Of a DNA stretch of 64,000 nt, positions 10,021-20,458 are shown piece after piece. The DNA is from Leptolyngbyaceae cyanobacterium (lineage in GTDB: Bacteria; Cyanobacteriota; Cyanobacteriia; Phormidesmidales; Phormidesmidaceae): assembly GCA_965263355.1 (NCBI GenBank), contig CBDHHL010000056.1, positions 1,696,001 through 1,760,000 on the forward strand, in the 5' to 3' direction. The first letter of the stretch is position 1. Each line of letters opens with the position of its first letter. Below the pieces are notes generated by a model. It did no database searches. It was not told where the DNA came from and saw only the letters and a list, made by a program, of their open reading frames with translations. A program made the translations under genes and the position numbers.

Positions 10021-11805
10021 CTAGTAGGTCATGGTCATTTCTCGGGGGAGTTTAGTAGCACCGGAGTTTACTACGCCCCGCTTGGCATCTACTGTAATGA
10101 TGGTGCCATCACGAATGGTTCTGGTGGCATTAGTTACCCCAACTAACACTGGAATACCCAGACGTAGACCAAGGGTAGCTGCATGGCCTGTATGACTAGG
10201 ATCTTCAGTGACAATGCCACCTGCGTGGCGAATAATGTCAACGTAGTCAGCACTGGTATTGGGAACCACCAAAATTTCACCAGGATTAAAATTGCTAACG
10301 GCTAAAGCCTTGTTAACGACTCGGGCGCGACCACTGACCACACCTTCGCCAATGCCTTTTCCATGGCCTAGCACAGCCGTCACTAACTCTACCTTAATTA
10401 AATCGGTCGACCCTGATACCCCCTGTAAGGTCCCCGCGGTCATGACAACAAGATCACCATCGTGGAGTAATTTTTTTTCTTGAGCAACATTCACAGCTGA
10501 TTGGAATGTTTGACTGCTAGACGGTAAATCAACAACCAGTAAGGGCTTGACTCCCCATACTAGCTGTAAACGACGGGCAACTTCGATGTGAGGGGTGACG
10601 GCTAAGATGGGTGTGGGCGGTCGAAACTTAGAAACATTACGGGCAGTAGCCCCTGTTTTAGTCAGTGACATAATCGCCGATGCATCTAGCTGAGAGGCAA
10701 TTTGCCCAACTGCTCGACTGATGGCATTAGGGATGGTGCGTCTAGTAGCAGCAGCATCAGAGTTTTTAACAATCTTTTCTTTTTCAGTACGCAGGGCAAT
10801 CTTTGCCATGGTGGCCACTGCTTCAACTGGATATTCACCCACTGCCGTTTCGTTAGAGAGCATGACGGCATCAGTACCATCCAGAATGGCATTGGCGACA
10901 TCGGAGACTTCGGCTCGGGTGGGTCGAGGATTGCTCACCATACTATCAAGCATTTGAGTCGCTGTAATCACAGGAATACCCAAGCGATTAGCCGTTGTAA
11001 TCAAACGTTTTTGCAGAATTGGCACATCTTCAGCTGGAAGTTCCACACCTAAATCGCCCCGAGCGACCATCACGCCGTCCGATAGAGACAAAATCGCTTC
11101 CATCTGCTCAATGGCTTCGTGTTTCTCAATTTTGACAATGACAGGCACTCGCTTACCTGCGTTGGCAATGATTTCCTTAATTTCTAAAACGTCCTGGGGG
11201 TTCCGCACAAAACTCAGCGCGACCCAATCTACCCCCTGATCAAGCCCAAAAGCAAGGTCTACTTTATCTTTTTCAGTTAACGCCTTGATAGATAGGTAAA
11301 CCCCAGGAAAGTTCACACCTTTACTATTAGACAGTTTGCCACCAACGACCACTTCGCAGTGGAGTTCACCGTTTTCCATGTCTTTGCTGACTACGCGCAT
11401 TTCCACCTTGCCGTCATCTAGCAAGATGGTTGCTCCCGTTGGTACTTCTTCAACCAAAGGTTCGTAGGTGACGGAACTAATTGTTTGGGTACCTGGCATC
11501 TGGCGGCTAGTCAGTATAAAGCTATCGCCTGTCTTTAAACGAATTGACCCCTCTGCAAATTTACCTAAGCGAATTTTTGGTCCCTGTAGATCCTGTAGGA
11601 TACCGACGGGTTGATTGAGTTCAAATGAGATTTGGCGAATCAAACGAATATTGCGCTGATGGTCGTCGTGGGTGCCGTGGGAAAAGTTGAGACGCAGGGT
11701 GGTTGCACCAGCTTCAATGAGCGATCGCAACGTTGCAGGATCCTGAGTAGCCGGACCAATGGTGGATACTATCTTGGTCCGACGCATGGCATGGCGCAGT
11801 GGCAT
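10021..11805 (-). CDS. pyk: Pyruvate kinase with C-terminal PEP-utiliser swivel domain
   Basis: RRTKIVSTIGPA, RLNFSHG, MVARGDLGVE, TATQMLDSM, PTRAEVSDVANA. Confidence 0.97.
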   Translation of the reverse strand: MPLRHAMRRTKIVSTIGPATQDPATLRSLIEAGATTLRLNFSHGTHDDHQRNIRLIRQISFELNQPVGILQDLQGPKIRLGKFAEGSIRLKTGDSFILTSRQMPGTQTISSVTYEPLVEEVPTGATILLDDGKVEMRVVSKDMENGELHCEVVVGGKLSNSKGVNFPGVYLSIKALTEKDKVDLAFGLDQGVDWVALSFVRNPQDVLEIKEIIANAGKRVPVIVKIEKHEAIEQMEAILSLSDGVMVARGDLGVELPAEDVPILQKRLITTANRLGIPVITATQMLDSMVSNPRPTRAEVSDVANAILDGTDAVMLSNETAVGEYPVEAVATMAKIALRTEKEKIVKNSDAAATRRTIPNAISRAVGQIASQLDASAIMSLTKTGATARNVSKFRPPTPILAVTPHIEVARRLQLVWGVKPLLVVDLPSSSQTFQSAVNVAQEKKLLHDGDLVVMTAGTLQGVSGSTDLIKVELVTAVLGHGKGIGEGVVSGRARVVNKALAVSNFNPGEILVVPNTSADYVDIIRHAGGIVTEDPSHTGHAATLGLRLGIPVLVGVTNATRTIRDGTIITVDAKRGVVNSGATKLPREMTMTY

Positions 11806-11843
11806 AGTGCTTTATTGGTGGGATAGCCGTCAGTGGGTGCAAG

Positions 11844-11899
11844 CACATCCAGTGGCAAACATCAGTTTTCTCAAATGGAAACCGGTAGTTTTGGACGTG
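11844..11899 (+). repeat. Dispersed ~56 bp hairpin element, copy 1 (upstream of pyk)
   Basis: CACATCCA-GTGGC-AAAC...TAGTTT-TGGACGTG; matches copies at 13670, 32561, 50990 and 57719. Confidence 0.65.
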
Positions 11900-12192
11900 A
11901 ATATGTGTTAAGCAAACCACCGGATAGTATCATGCCAGGGCTCGCTTCCGCTTCAAAACCTTTGAAATCATTAGTCTACGCACCCCGTAAACCTTAGAAG
12001 ACAAATCCTTCCCGTCGTTCCCAAAATTTTTGGTTTAATAGCTGATATGAAACCCTTTCTACCTCAAGGTAAACATCAGACTTTTTTGCAATTCCCAAGA
12101 ATATTAAACTAAAAATGAGATAGCGTCACAAAACTTTATTGTTACCTCCAGGTAGCGTATACTTCGAGACATAGGTGTGAAGGAGTATTACT

Positions 12193-13092
12193 GTGGTTTC
12201 GGTGGCAACACGTCCTTCTGCGGTACTTAGACGAGTGCCCAAGGATCTTTTAGATGCAGACGGTGGTGTCAGCCCAGATTTACTTATATTTGTAGGAGCG
12301 GTTGTATTAGTTACCGTGGCTACGTTTGGGTATTTTTCCTGGAGCTTTCCCCATTGGATCTGTTTTGTTTTAAACACGGTGGCTTTACATCTGGTGGGTA
12401 CAGTTATTCATGATGCCTCCCACAATTCAGCTCACAGCAATCGTATCGTCAATGCGGTTTTAGGTCATGGCAGTGCCCTGATGCTGGGCTTTACCTTTCC
12501 TGTCTTTACTCGTGTGCACTTACAGCACCATGCCAATGTCAACGATCCAGAGAATGACCCAGACCATTTTGTGTCTACTTGCGGTCCCCTTTGGTTGATT
12601 GCACCGCGTTTTTTCTATCATGAGATTTACTTTTTTCAACGGCGACTATGGAAAAAGTATGAGCTGCTTGAATGGTTCCTCAGTCGTTTAACCGTGGCAG
12701 CACTGATTTACTCTGCCTACCATTTTGGCTTTTTAGATTACTTTGCTAACTATTGGTTTGCGCCAGCGTTAGTAGTTGGTGTTGCCTTAGGGTTGTTTTT
12801 TGATTACTTGCCCCACCGTCCCTTCAAGGAAAAAAATCGCTGGAAAAATGCGCGAGTCTATCCTGGCCGCCTTTTGAATTTGTTAATTATGGGGCAAAAC
12901 TACCATTTGGTTCATCATCTGTGGCCATCTATACCCTGGTATAAGTACAAGCCTGCCTATGAAGTGATGAAACCTTTACTTGATGAGAAGGGGTCACCTC
13001 AATCTTTAGGCCTGCATCATCGCAAAGATTTCTGGGGGTTTGTTTACGACATTTTTCTGGGTATTCGTTTTCACCATAGCAATGACCATTAA
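12193..13092 (+). CDS. crtR: Beta-carotene hydroxylase
   Basis: His boxes HDASH, HLQHH, HLVHH; NDPENDPDH; FFDYLPHRPF. Confidence 0.95.
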   Translation: MVSVATRPSAVLRRVPKDLLDADGGVSPDLLIFVGAVVLVTVATFGYFSWSFPHWICFVLNTVALHLVGTVIHDASHNSAHSNRIVNAVLGHGSALMLGFTFPVFTRVHLQHHANVNDPENDPDHFVSTCGPLWLIAPRFFYHEIYFFQRRLWKKYELLEWFLSRLTVAALIYSAYHFGFLDYFANYWFAPALVVGVALGLFFDYLPHRPFKEKNRWKNARVYPGRLLNLLIMGQNYHLVHHLWPSIPWYKYKPAYEVMKPLLDEKGSPQSLGLHHRKDFWGFVYDIFLGIRFHHSNDH

Positions 13093-13100
13093 ATAATGGC

Positions 13101-13152
13101 CATCCACCCCATGTAGGGGCGTTACATGCAACGCCCCTACATGGGGTGGATG
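13101..13152. repeat. Perfect 23-bp inverted repeat containing a GTAG...CTAC REP-like core; likely also terminates convergent crtR/aroH
   Basis: CATCCACCCCATGTAGGGGCGTT-ACATGC-AACGCCCCTACATGGGGTGGATG. Confidence 0.85.
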
Positions 13153-13168
13153 ACACAATCACTGGAAT

Positions 13169-13576
13169 TTATGCCGTTACGCTGGCCCAATCTGGCCGTA
13201 AACCGCTCGCTCCCCGTAAATAGGGGTGATAAATTTCGTGTTTAGGAATGACCATATAGGCATGGATAAGAAAACGAATACACATGGGTAGGCTACCAGC
13301 AACCTGCATGTGCTGAACATCCAGCAACGGGACAGTATCCCAGTTCGGGCGTTGTCGTGCGATCGCAGCAGGGAAAATTGCATTCAAATCGGTCGTAACC
13401 GAAAACGTGACGCTAATGATGGCATCGGGTGCAATTGGGTTATTATCCTCTAACGCATTGAGCAGCTCAGTCACCGCATCCGTCATAGCAGCTACTGAAT
13501 TTTCCGACACAGTAGTTGCACCTCGAATTGCACGCACTCGCCAGTCACCTATCTCCCCTTGCTGCATATTTCCCAT
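13169..13576 (-). CDS. aroH: Chorismate mutase, AroH class
   Basis: VRAIRGATT, FSVTTDLNAIFPA, CIRFLIH, HPYLRGASGLRPD. Confidence 0.95.
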   Translation of the reverse strand: MGNMQQGEIGDWRVRAIRGATTVSENSVAAMTDAVTELLNALEDNNPIAPDAIISVTFSVTTDLNAIFPAAIARQRPNWDTVPLLDVQHMQVAGSLPMCIRFLIHAYMVIPKHEIYHPYLRGASGLRPDWASVTA

Positions 13577-13669
13577 TCCCCATTCGTTGCTTGTCTGGCT
13601 CTAACCAACTGATTAGTCATTGGAAGTCACTAGATAGAGTAGCCTTTTCTAGGCCTACTACGCCTTATC

Positions 13670-13724
13670 CACCTTCAAAACCAGTTTTTTTACAAAAGAA
13701 CCTACACGTTTCAAATTGGACGTA
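13670..13724 (-). repeat. Dispersed hairpin element, copy 2 (degenerate; upstream of aroH)
   Basis: Minus strand reads TACGTCCAATTTGAAACGTGTAGGTTCTT...TGGTTTTGAAGGTG, then GATAAGG. Confidence 0.6.
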
Positions 13725-13749
13725 GTTTAGTAGAACTCTATACCCAGAT

Positions 13750-14610
13750 TTATCCACCAAACGGGCCTGGTAATGAAGTGCCAGGTGCTTGATAGACCCA
13801 GAGAGGAATACCTTGATGGGCCAGCTCAAATTCAACCCAACTCTGTAACCTCGGACTTATCCAAGGATTAGCCGTTTGACTATTACCAGGCAACAGCTTA
13901 TTCCAAAACGGTTTACGTTCTTCAATATTGTGTACCTCTGTCTTGTCTGGATCCAAATCTGCTAACTCAGCGGCCCAACGCTTAGCATCGTCCTCGGTTC
14001 CCAGACGATCCACGACCCCCAAATCAAGGGCTTGGGCACCTGTAAAAATCCGTCCATCGGCAAAGCCACGCACCGTTTCTTGCTCAAGCTTGCGGGCATC
14101 AGCTATGGTCGCCACAAACTGCCCATAGCTGACATCAATCAGCTCTTGCAAGATTGTCTGCTCTGGCTGGGTTAGCTCCCGATCAAACGACAGAATATCC
14201 TTATAGGGGCCAGACTTAATAACTTGGAAGGAAACCCCGATTTTATCCAAAAGTCTTTCCAGGTTATTACCCCGCAAAATCACCCCAATACTGCCGGTAA
14301 TAGTACCGGGGTTAGCGACAATATGCTGAGCACCCATGCCAATATAAACCCCTCCCGAGGCAGAAATATTGCCAAAACTAGCCACAATTTTGACGGTTTC
14401 TTGGAGTTGCTTAAGTGCACTGTAAATCTCTTGGGAGTCACCGACTGTGCCACCAGGGCTATCAATCCGTAGCAGGAGTGCTGGAAACTTCTTTTCTTTG
14501 ACCTCTTCAAGTGCCTCTAGTACTCGCTTCCGGGTTCCACCCGCAATCGCCCCAGAAATTTCAATCCGGGCAATCTGTTTACGGAAACGTGGCTTAAATG
14601 GCCAAATCAT
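13750..14610 (-). CDS. sppA: Signal peptide peptidase SppA (short S49 form)
   Basis: LRIDSPGGTV, SASGGVY, TITGSIGV, KSGPYKD, DGRIFTG. Confidence 0.95.
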   Translation of the reverse strand: MIWPFKPRFRKQIARIEISGAIAGGTRKRVLEALEEVKEKKFPALLLRIDSPGGTVGDSQEIYSALKQLQETVKIVASFGNISASGGVYIGMGAQHIVANPGTITGSIGVILRGNNLERLLDKIGVSFQVIKSGPYKDILSFDRELTQPEQTILQELIDVSYGQFVATIADARKLEQETVRGFADGRIFTGAQALDLGVVDRLGTEDDAKRWAAELADLDPDKTEVHNIEERKPFWNKLLPGNSQTANPWISPRLQSWVEFELAHQGIPLWVYQAPGTSLPGPFGG

Positions 14611-14828
14611 AGACAACGACTTGATAAACGACTAAATGTCCAGATGATTACTATAAACTCCCACTGGCATCCACTGCGGCTTAATCATCTTGTGAGATGA
14701 CCAGACCAACTCATAGAACTTAACTATTAGCTCATCAGATCATCGGCTTTGCAGAGAGCGCCATCAGAACTTAACATAACTTTAATGACACGACACTTCG
14801 TCTGTCAGGTTTTGACGTCACTCCCTGC

Positions 14829-15953
14829 ATGACATCTCCCTCTACTCAAGAAAAGACTTCCATACTGCTTTTAATTGCTCCATTTTTTTTATGGGGTACA
14901 GCTATGGTGGCCATGAAAGGGGTTATTGATACTACAACTCCCTTATTTTTAGCCACATTGCGCTTGATACCTGCTGGGGTGATGGTATTGGTTACAGCGA
15001 CCTTGCTAGGACGTCAACAGCCTAACAGCTGGCAAGGATGGGCCTGGATTGGTGGTTTCGCGTTCATAGATGGCACCCTATTTCAAGGCCTTTTAGCAGA
15101 AGGGTTGCAACGTACGGGTGCTGGCCTAGGGTCAGTGATGATTGACTCTCAGCCCATTGCAGTTGCCTTAATGGCGCGGTTCTTATTTAGAGAAATTGTG
15201 GGACCGCTGGGGTGGGTCGGGTTGACATTGGGTATTTTTGGCATCAGTCTCCTAGGCTTACCCGATGCTTGGATTATCCAAGCGACTAAAAGCATAGCTA
15301 CGACCTTTTTTATAGGTCATTGGCCCAGGCTGCTCGACAACTTCACTCACCCAGTCTCTGTCTCTAACAGTGAAGATTTATGGGCTATCTTGCTGGGACA
15401 TGGTGAATGGTTAATGCTGCTAGCCGCCTTGTCTATGGCAATTGGAACAGTCATGATTCCTTACATTGCTAGACATGTGGATCCGGTAATCGCAACAGGC
15501 TGGCATATGATTTTGGGCGGATTACCGCTGCTTGGATTATCCGGTCAGACTGAGGTCCAACAATGGCAGGGGATTACCCCAACGGGCTGGCTAGCCATTG
15601 CTTACGCGACGATCTTTGGCAGTGCCATTGCCTACGGCATATTTTTCTACTTAGCCTCTCAAGGAAACCTGACTAGTCTCAGTACACTCACATTTCTTAC
15701 ACCCATATTTGCACTGATATTTAGCACATCGTTTTTGTCTGAAAATCTGACTTTCCTCCAATGGACTGGCGTTGGTTTTACCTTGATCAGCATCTATCTA
15801 GTTAACCAGCGAGAGTTTCTTACCGAGGCAATGATACGTTTATTGGTAGGTTCATCAGCCATGGGCCTAGCGGAAGCAATTAGCCCGAATGTATCAAAAG
15901 CATTGGCCACATGGTTGAGGTCCAATAGCACTGTTGACCCATCATCAGAGTAA
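14829..15953 (+). CDS. DMT/EamA family transporter
   Basis: About 10 TM helices in two EamA repeats (PFFLWGTAMVAMK; FGSAIAYGIFF...LTFLTPIFA). Confidence 0.9.
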   Translation: MTSPSTQEKTSILLLIAPFFLWGTAMVAMKGVIDTTTPLFLATLRLIPAGVMVLVTATLLGRQQPNSWQGWAWIGGFAFIDGTLFQGLLAEGLQRTGAGLGSVMIDSQPIAVALMARFLFREIVGPLGWVGLTLGIFGISLLGLPDAWIIQATKSIATTFFIGHWPRLLDNFTHPVSVSNSEDLWAILLGHGEWLMLLAALSMAIGTVMIPYIARHVDPVIATGWHMILGGLPLLGLSGQTEVQQWQGITPTGWLAIAYATIFGSAIAYGIFFYLASQGNLTSLSTLTFLTPIFALIFSTSFLSENLTFLQWTGVGFTLISIYLVNQREFLTEAMIRLLVGSSAMGLAEAISPNVSKALATWLRSNSTVDPSSE

Positions 15954-16394
15954 TAATTGTTACAACCCCACTCTCTAAGCTGCGAAAGCACACTCAGTCT
16001 TTACATAGCTGATCTGCACACTGATAACTCTTGATAAATCGATTTCGAGATTATTTTTATATTTGAGTTAATATTGTCTGCAAGATGGTCTCTCCCCCTG
16101 TAGCAGCAAGTACTGACGAACACCCAATATAGGGTATTCGTCTGAGCGTATTAATCCCAAAGTTGGGTAAAGTTAGGGGAAGTATGGTTCTGTTATCCGT
16201 GAGCTAGAGCGGTAATTTAATTTTTTGCTTCTGTACAGCGTTGTACCATCGCTTTTTCTTGTCCAATAGGAAGCTATATCAACATCAAAATAATCTGTTT
16301 ATTTATTGATTTAGCAGGAATCTGCCATTCGAGCCACTGAATAAGTCAATCTGTGCGTTGAACAGAAAGATGCAGGTACTGGATATTAAATAAT

Positions 16395-17747
16395 ATGATT
16401 TGGCGCTCTACTATTTTCTTTTTAACCGGTCTGACGGTTGTCACAGTGCCTGTGGCAAATCTACAAGCTAAGACTGCGCCTGTACTGATGGCGCAATCTG
16501 CCACGTCTCCACTACAACGGGCAACATCTGAGCAGCAGATAGAGGAAATTAAAACCTTACAGCAAGAACTTAAAAATCGCGGCTACTACAACGGTCCCAT
16601 TGATGGTATTTACGGTCCAGGTACGGATAGGGCAATCCGTGAACTACGGGGCCAAAAGGACGCTAACTCCGGTGGTTTAACCCCGAGTTTCCCGGAAATT
16701 GCTGTGCCCGCTGACGCCCTCCCTGAAACTGAGCCATCAGAAGATGCTCAAGATGCTAGTGCCTCAGGAGCAGAAGACGGTTCTGTAGGTATCGATGCGG
16801 ACAACATTCCTGAGAATACTGACGAAATTACTATTGGGAATAGTGTTTCACCGGAAACAGGTATTGACCCATCAAATGCCAACACAGATGAACCGTCGGA
16901 CTCTGAGACTGTTCAGGATGCTGGCGTTACTGCTCCAGGTCCAGGGAGACTAATTTGGCCAGGGTTGGCTCTGATTGCGGCCCTGGGAAGCTTTGGCATC
17001 GGCTTTGTTTTAGCGAATCGGGTTAAGCTTGGTACCGACGAGGAGAATGAGTCGCCATGGGGAACTATTCCTGAGGCAGTCAAGCGATCAGACGAGCATC
17101 CAGTCTTTCCAGAAATTGCACACAATGGCCATGCGGTTGCTAATGGTAGCAGCTCTGTCAATGCTGATCGGATGGTGTCGCCATCTAGCGAAACCGACGG
17201 TAATATGCCCATCGTATCGAACGCTAGTGTGGTTGATGCTAGTGGTCGATTAGCTAAGGTCGATGTGATTGATGAACTGGTCGCTACTTTACAGGTTACC
17301 GATCCGGGGAAACGTCGGAAAGCGATTTGGGAATTAGGGCAAAGGGGTAATTCATCCGCTGTGCAACATCTGGTTAACAGCATGGTGGATGCAGATTCTA
17401 AGGAAAAAAGCTTAATTCTAGCCGCACTTTCAGAAATTGGCATTCGCTCATTAAAGCCGATGAATCGAGCGCTAGCCATTGCCTTGCAGGACGAGAATCC
17501 TGATGTTCGTAAAAATGCGATTCGTGATTTGACACGGGTTTACGAGCTGGTCACTCAAATTAGTCAAATGTTGGGACATGCAACTGAGGATGATGATCCT
17601 GAAGTGCGCAAAACAGCTGAGTGGGCATTGAATCAGTTAAATCGTATTCGTGAAGCCCCCAAGCTTAAGTCATCACTTAATGCTTTAGAAGCTGCTCGCT
17701 CAACTCCAGACTTATTGCCTGATGAGGTAGAAAACCTAAAAAATTAG
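16395..17747 (+). CDS. Peptidoglycan-binding domain + single TM + HEAT-repeat protein
   Basis: Signal peptide; LQQELKNRGYYNGPIDGIYGPGTDRAI; TM segment LIWPGLALIAALGSFGIGFVL; repeats DPGKRRKAIWELG, DENPDVRKNAI, DDDPEVRKTA. Confidence 0.85.
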   Translation: MIWRSTIFFLTGLTVVTVPVANLQAKTAPVLMAQSATSPLQRATSEQQIEEIKTLQQELKNRGYYNGPIDGIYGPGTDRAIRELRGQKDANSGGLTPSFPEIAVPADALPETEPSEDAQDASASGAEDGSVGIDADNIPENTDEITIGNSVSPETGIDPSNANTDEPSDSETVQDAGVTAPGPGRLIWPGLALIAALGSFGIGFVLANRVKLGTDEENESPWGTIPEAVKRSDEHPVFPEIAHNGHAVANGSSSVNADRMVSPSSETDGNMPIVSNASVVDASGRLAKVDVIDELVATLQVTDPGKRRKAIWELGQRGNSSAVQHLVNSMVDADSKEKSLILAALSEIGIRSLKPMNRALAIALQDENPDVRKNAIRDLTRVYELVTQISQMLGHATEDDDPEVRKTAEWALNQLNRIREAPKLKSSLNALEAARSTPDLLPDEVENLKN

Positions 17748-17864
17748 GCTGGCGAATTGTTACAGCTGACTTAATTGAGCAGCAATCAATCGAGCAACAC
17801 TGATGGCAGGGCCATATGGCAGCACCCTATAGTAGGGTCATAGGGCTGAGTTGATAAATTTGCC

Positions 17865-18947
17865 ATGACCCGGTGCTTAAAATTGTTATTTGTCTCTACT
17901 CCTGTTGGCCCCTTGGGGTCAGGATTAGGCGGCGGTGTCGAGCTGACGGTGGTTAATTTGGTTAATGCCTTAACTCAGAGGGGACATCAGATTGCGATCG
18001 CAGCCCCCGAAAATTCACAGATAACGGATTGCCAGCTGATTCAAATTCCTGGCGTACTTCAGCCCACTGCCCATACCCAAGGCCGTGATACACCAGCCAT
18101 CATGGTGGAAAACGCCGTTTTATCTAACCAATGGACCTTTGCTCGACAGGTGCAACAGGCTTACGATGTGATCGTTAATTTCGCCTACGATTGGTTGCCC
18201 TTTTACCTCACTCCCTTCTTTGACACCCCCATTGCCCACTTTGTCAGCATGGGATCCCTTAGCCGGGTGATGGATCAGGCCGTCACCCAAGTTAACGATA
18301 AATTTCCAGGCACCCTGGGAGCCTATACTCAAACCCAGGTTGATACCTTTCCCCCTGACCTCAACTGGCAACTACTCAGCAGTGCCATTGACCTGAGTAA
18401 ATATACTTATTGCGACACCCCCGATTCAGCACTCGCATGGTTAGGGCGTATCTCTCCAGAAAAAGGCTTGGAAGATGCCGTTGCGGCTGTTCAGCAAACC
18501 CAAACTCCCCTAAAAATCCTCGGTAAGCTTGAAAACCAGGAATACTGGGAGACCATTCAACGCACCTATCCAAATGCTCCGATTGAATATCTAGGCTTTG
18601 TCAATACACAGCAGCTTCAGGCTATAGTTCGTCGCTGTCAAGGCCTTTTGATGACCCCACGCTGGGTCGAGGCCTTTGGCAATGTGGCTATCGAAGCCCT
18701 TGCCTGTGGTGTTCCTGTGGTGGCTTACCGTCGTGGGGGGCCGACGGAAATCATTGACGATGGCCAAACCGGATGGCTAGTCGAACCTGATAATGTCGCT
18801 GGTTTAGTGCAGGGTATTCAACAGCTGGATCGCATTGAGCGCCGCTATTGCCGTCAACAGGCAGAAAACAACTATTCTTTACCTGCCCTCGGCGAACGTT
18901 TTGAACAGTGGTTTGAATCGATCATCAGGCCGCATAGATCAGAGTAA
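17865..18947 (+). CDS. Glycosyltransferase family 4
   Basis: GGGVE, GRISPEKG, EAFGNVAIEALACGVPV. Confidence 0.92.
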   Translation: MTRCLKLLFVSTPVGPLGSGLGGGVELTVVNLVNALTQRGHQIAIAAPENSQITDCQLIQIPGVLQPTAHTQGRDTPAIMVENAVLSNQWTFARQVQQAYDVIVNFAYDWLPFYLTPFFDTPIAHFVSMGSLSRVMDQAVTQVNDKFPGTLGAYTQTQVDTFPPDLNWQLLSSAIDLSKYTYCDTPDSALAWLGRISPEKGLEDAVAAVQQTQTPLKILGKLENQEYWETIQRTYPNAPIEYLGFVNTQQLQAIVRRCQGLLMTPRWVEAFGNVAIEALACGVPVVAYRRGGPTEIIDDGQTGWLVEPDNVAGLVQGIQQLDRIERRYCRQQAENNYSLPALGERFEQWFESIIRPHRSE

Positions 18948-19015
18948 TACTTGTGTTTGATGGGCAATCCTTGTTGCCCTCCTCTTCTGCCTGATATTTA
19001 TAGTCTTCCTTTCCC

Positions 19016-19396
19016 ATGATCTCAATCCCCTTAATCGAAATCACTCAACTAGTGGAATGCCTCGCTGATTACCCTGAGGCATTGCGATCGCTCCAAGAAA
19101 TCGAAGACTGCGACGGTGACTTAAACGATGCGGCCCTCTCCCTGGCCTTAAAGGCAGGTTTAGAACCCACCGAAAACGAAGGTTGGCTTGAAGGCTTTGC
19201 CAAACGGTACCGGCATATTGCTTGCTTGCCAGAGTTTCGGGATGGCCTAAAAGCCCAGCAGGTGGTCGCTCTGATTCAACACCTGACCCAAAATAGCCAG
19301 TGTCCTAATCTACTAGCCGTACCCGTGGCGCTATACATCAGCAAAACAGGGGTGGATACATTTTGTCAGAGTTTTGATAATAGCCGGGTCTCATAA
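19016..19396 (+). CDS. Hypothetical protein
   Basis: 126-aa ATG ORF co-oriented with neighbours, with plausible composition. Confidence 0.75.
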   Translation: MISIPLIEITQLVECLADYPEALRSLQEIEDCDGDLNDAALSLALKAGLEPTENEGWLEGFAKRYRHIACLPEFRDGLKAQQVVALIQHLTQNSQCPNLLAVPVALYISKTGVDTFCQSFDNSRVS

Positions 19397-19609
19397 GCCG
19401 GGTCCTGGGTGAGATCGGAGCAACACACAAATTTTGTATAAAGCTAATTTTATAAAAGTACGGGAATTCTAGGGTAAACGGTAGAATCAAGCCGTTGGTG
19501 TCATCTAGCTTTAACTATCAGGCATCAACATACCAGCACCTTTAATTGCTGGGGTTTATTTTCTACTCATAGACACACCACTCTATTAACTACTTATAGG
19601 AGTTTTGCC

Positions 19610-19954
19610 ATGACTCGTTCCATCGCTCGTGCTACCAGCGTTACCCTAACTAACCTAGAAGGTGTGCCGGGCAAAGAAATCATTGAACATTATGGTCTGG
19701 TTCAAGGCAGCACTATTCGTGCCAAACATGTGGGTAAAGATATTCTGGCCGGGTTTAAGAACATTGTTGGTGGTGAACTCAAAGCCTATACCGAGCTATT
19801 GCAAGAATCACGCCAAGAAGCGGTAAATCGAATGGTACAGCAGGCTGAGCAGCTCGGTGCCAATGCCGTCATCAATATTCGATTTGCCACCTCATCAGTA
19901 GCTCCCGGTGCAGCTGAACTATTTGCCTACGGTACAGCTGTCAAAGTGCAGTAG
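19610..19954 (+). CDS. YbjQ (UPF0145) family protein
   Basis: GLVQGSTIRAKHVGKD..AG.KNIVGGELKAYT...GANAVINIRF...YGTAV; AGGAG RBS. Confidence 0.93.
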   Translation: MTRSIARATSVTLTNLEGVPGKEIIEHYGLVQGSTIRAKHVGKDILAGFKNIVGGELKAYTELLQESRQEAVNRMVQQAEQLGANAVINIRFATSSVAPGAAELFAYGTAVKVQ

Positions 19955-20016
19955 TAGCTCCCCCCTTTACAAGGGGCATTGCAGTAGGCGTTCATCAGTA
20001 ATACAACAAGTACACT

Positions 20017-20454
20017 ATGGATCTTCTCATTATTTTAATTTTGCTCGGTGTGGGCTATTTTATTGGTAATCACCGTGAACGTAAGCACTACGAAGATATT
20101 AAACGTCGTGAAAAGCAAACCCTCCATGTTCCTGTGATGAATTGGGGGGCAAAGCAAACGCTACCCTATGCCCATGAGGCAGAAATGTTTGTGGGTAGCG
20201 TTGTCGTTGCTAATGACTATTTCAAAACCTTCTCGGCAGGTCTACGTAATTTAGTCGGCGGTCGAGTTACTGTCTATGAAACCCTGATCGACCGAGGACG
20301 CAGAGAGGCAATGTTACGGATGAAAGAGTCTGCCATTGAATGGGGAGCCTCCCAAGTCCTAAATGTACGCTTTGAGAGCGCTAATATAGCAGGCCAAAGC
20401 CGAGGAGGAATGGGAGCTGTTGAGATTCTGGCTTACGGCACAGGAATTCGTTAG
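20017..20454 (+). CDS. YbjQ-like protein with N-terminal membrane anchor
   Basis: N-terminal hydrophobic helix; GLRNLVGG..YETLIDRGRREAMLRMK...NVRFE...AYGT. Confidence 0.88.
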   Translation: MDLLIILILLGVGYFIGNHRERKHYEDIKRREKQTLHVPVMNWGAKQTLPYAHEAEMFVGSVVVANDYFKTFSAGLRNLVGGRVTVYETLIDRGRREAMLRMKESAIEWGASQVLNVRFESANIAGQSRGGMGAVEILAYGTGIR

Positions 20455-20458
20455 CTCC

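Noticed and set aside
16913..17479. 188-aa antisense ORF
   Set aside because: Shadow frame fully inside the HEAT-repeat gene.
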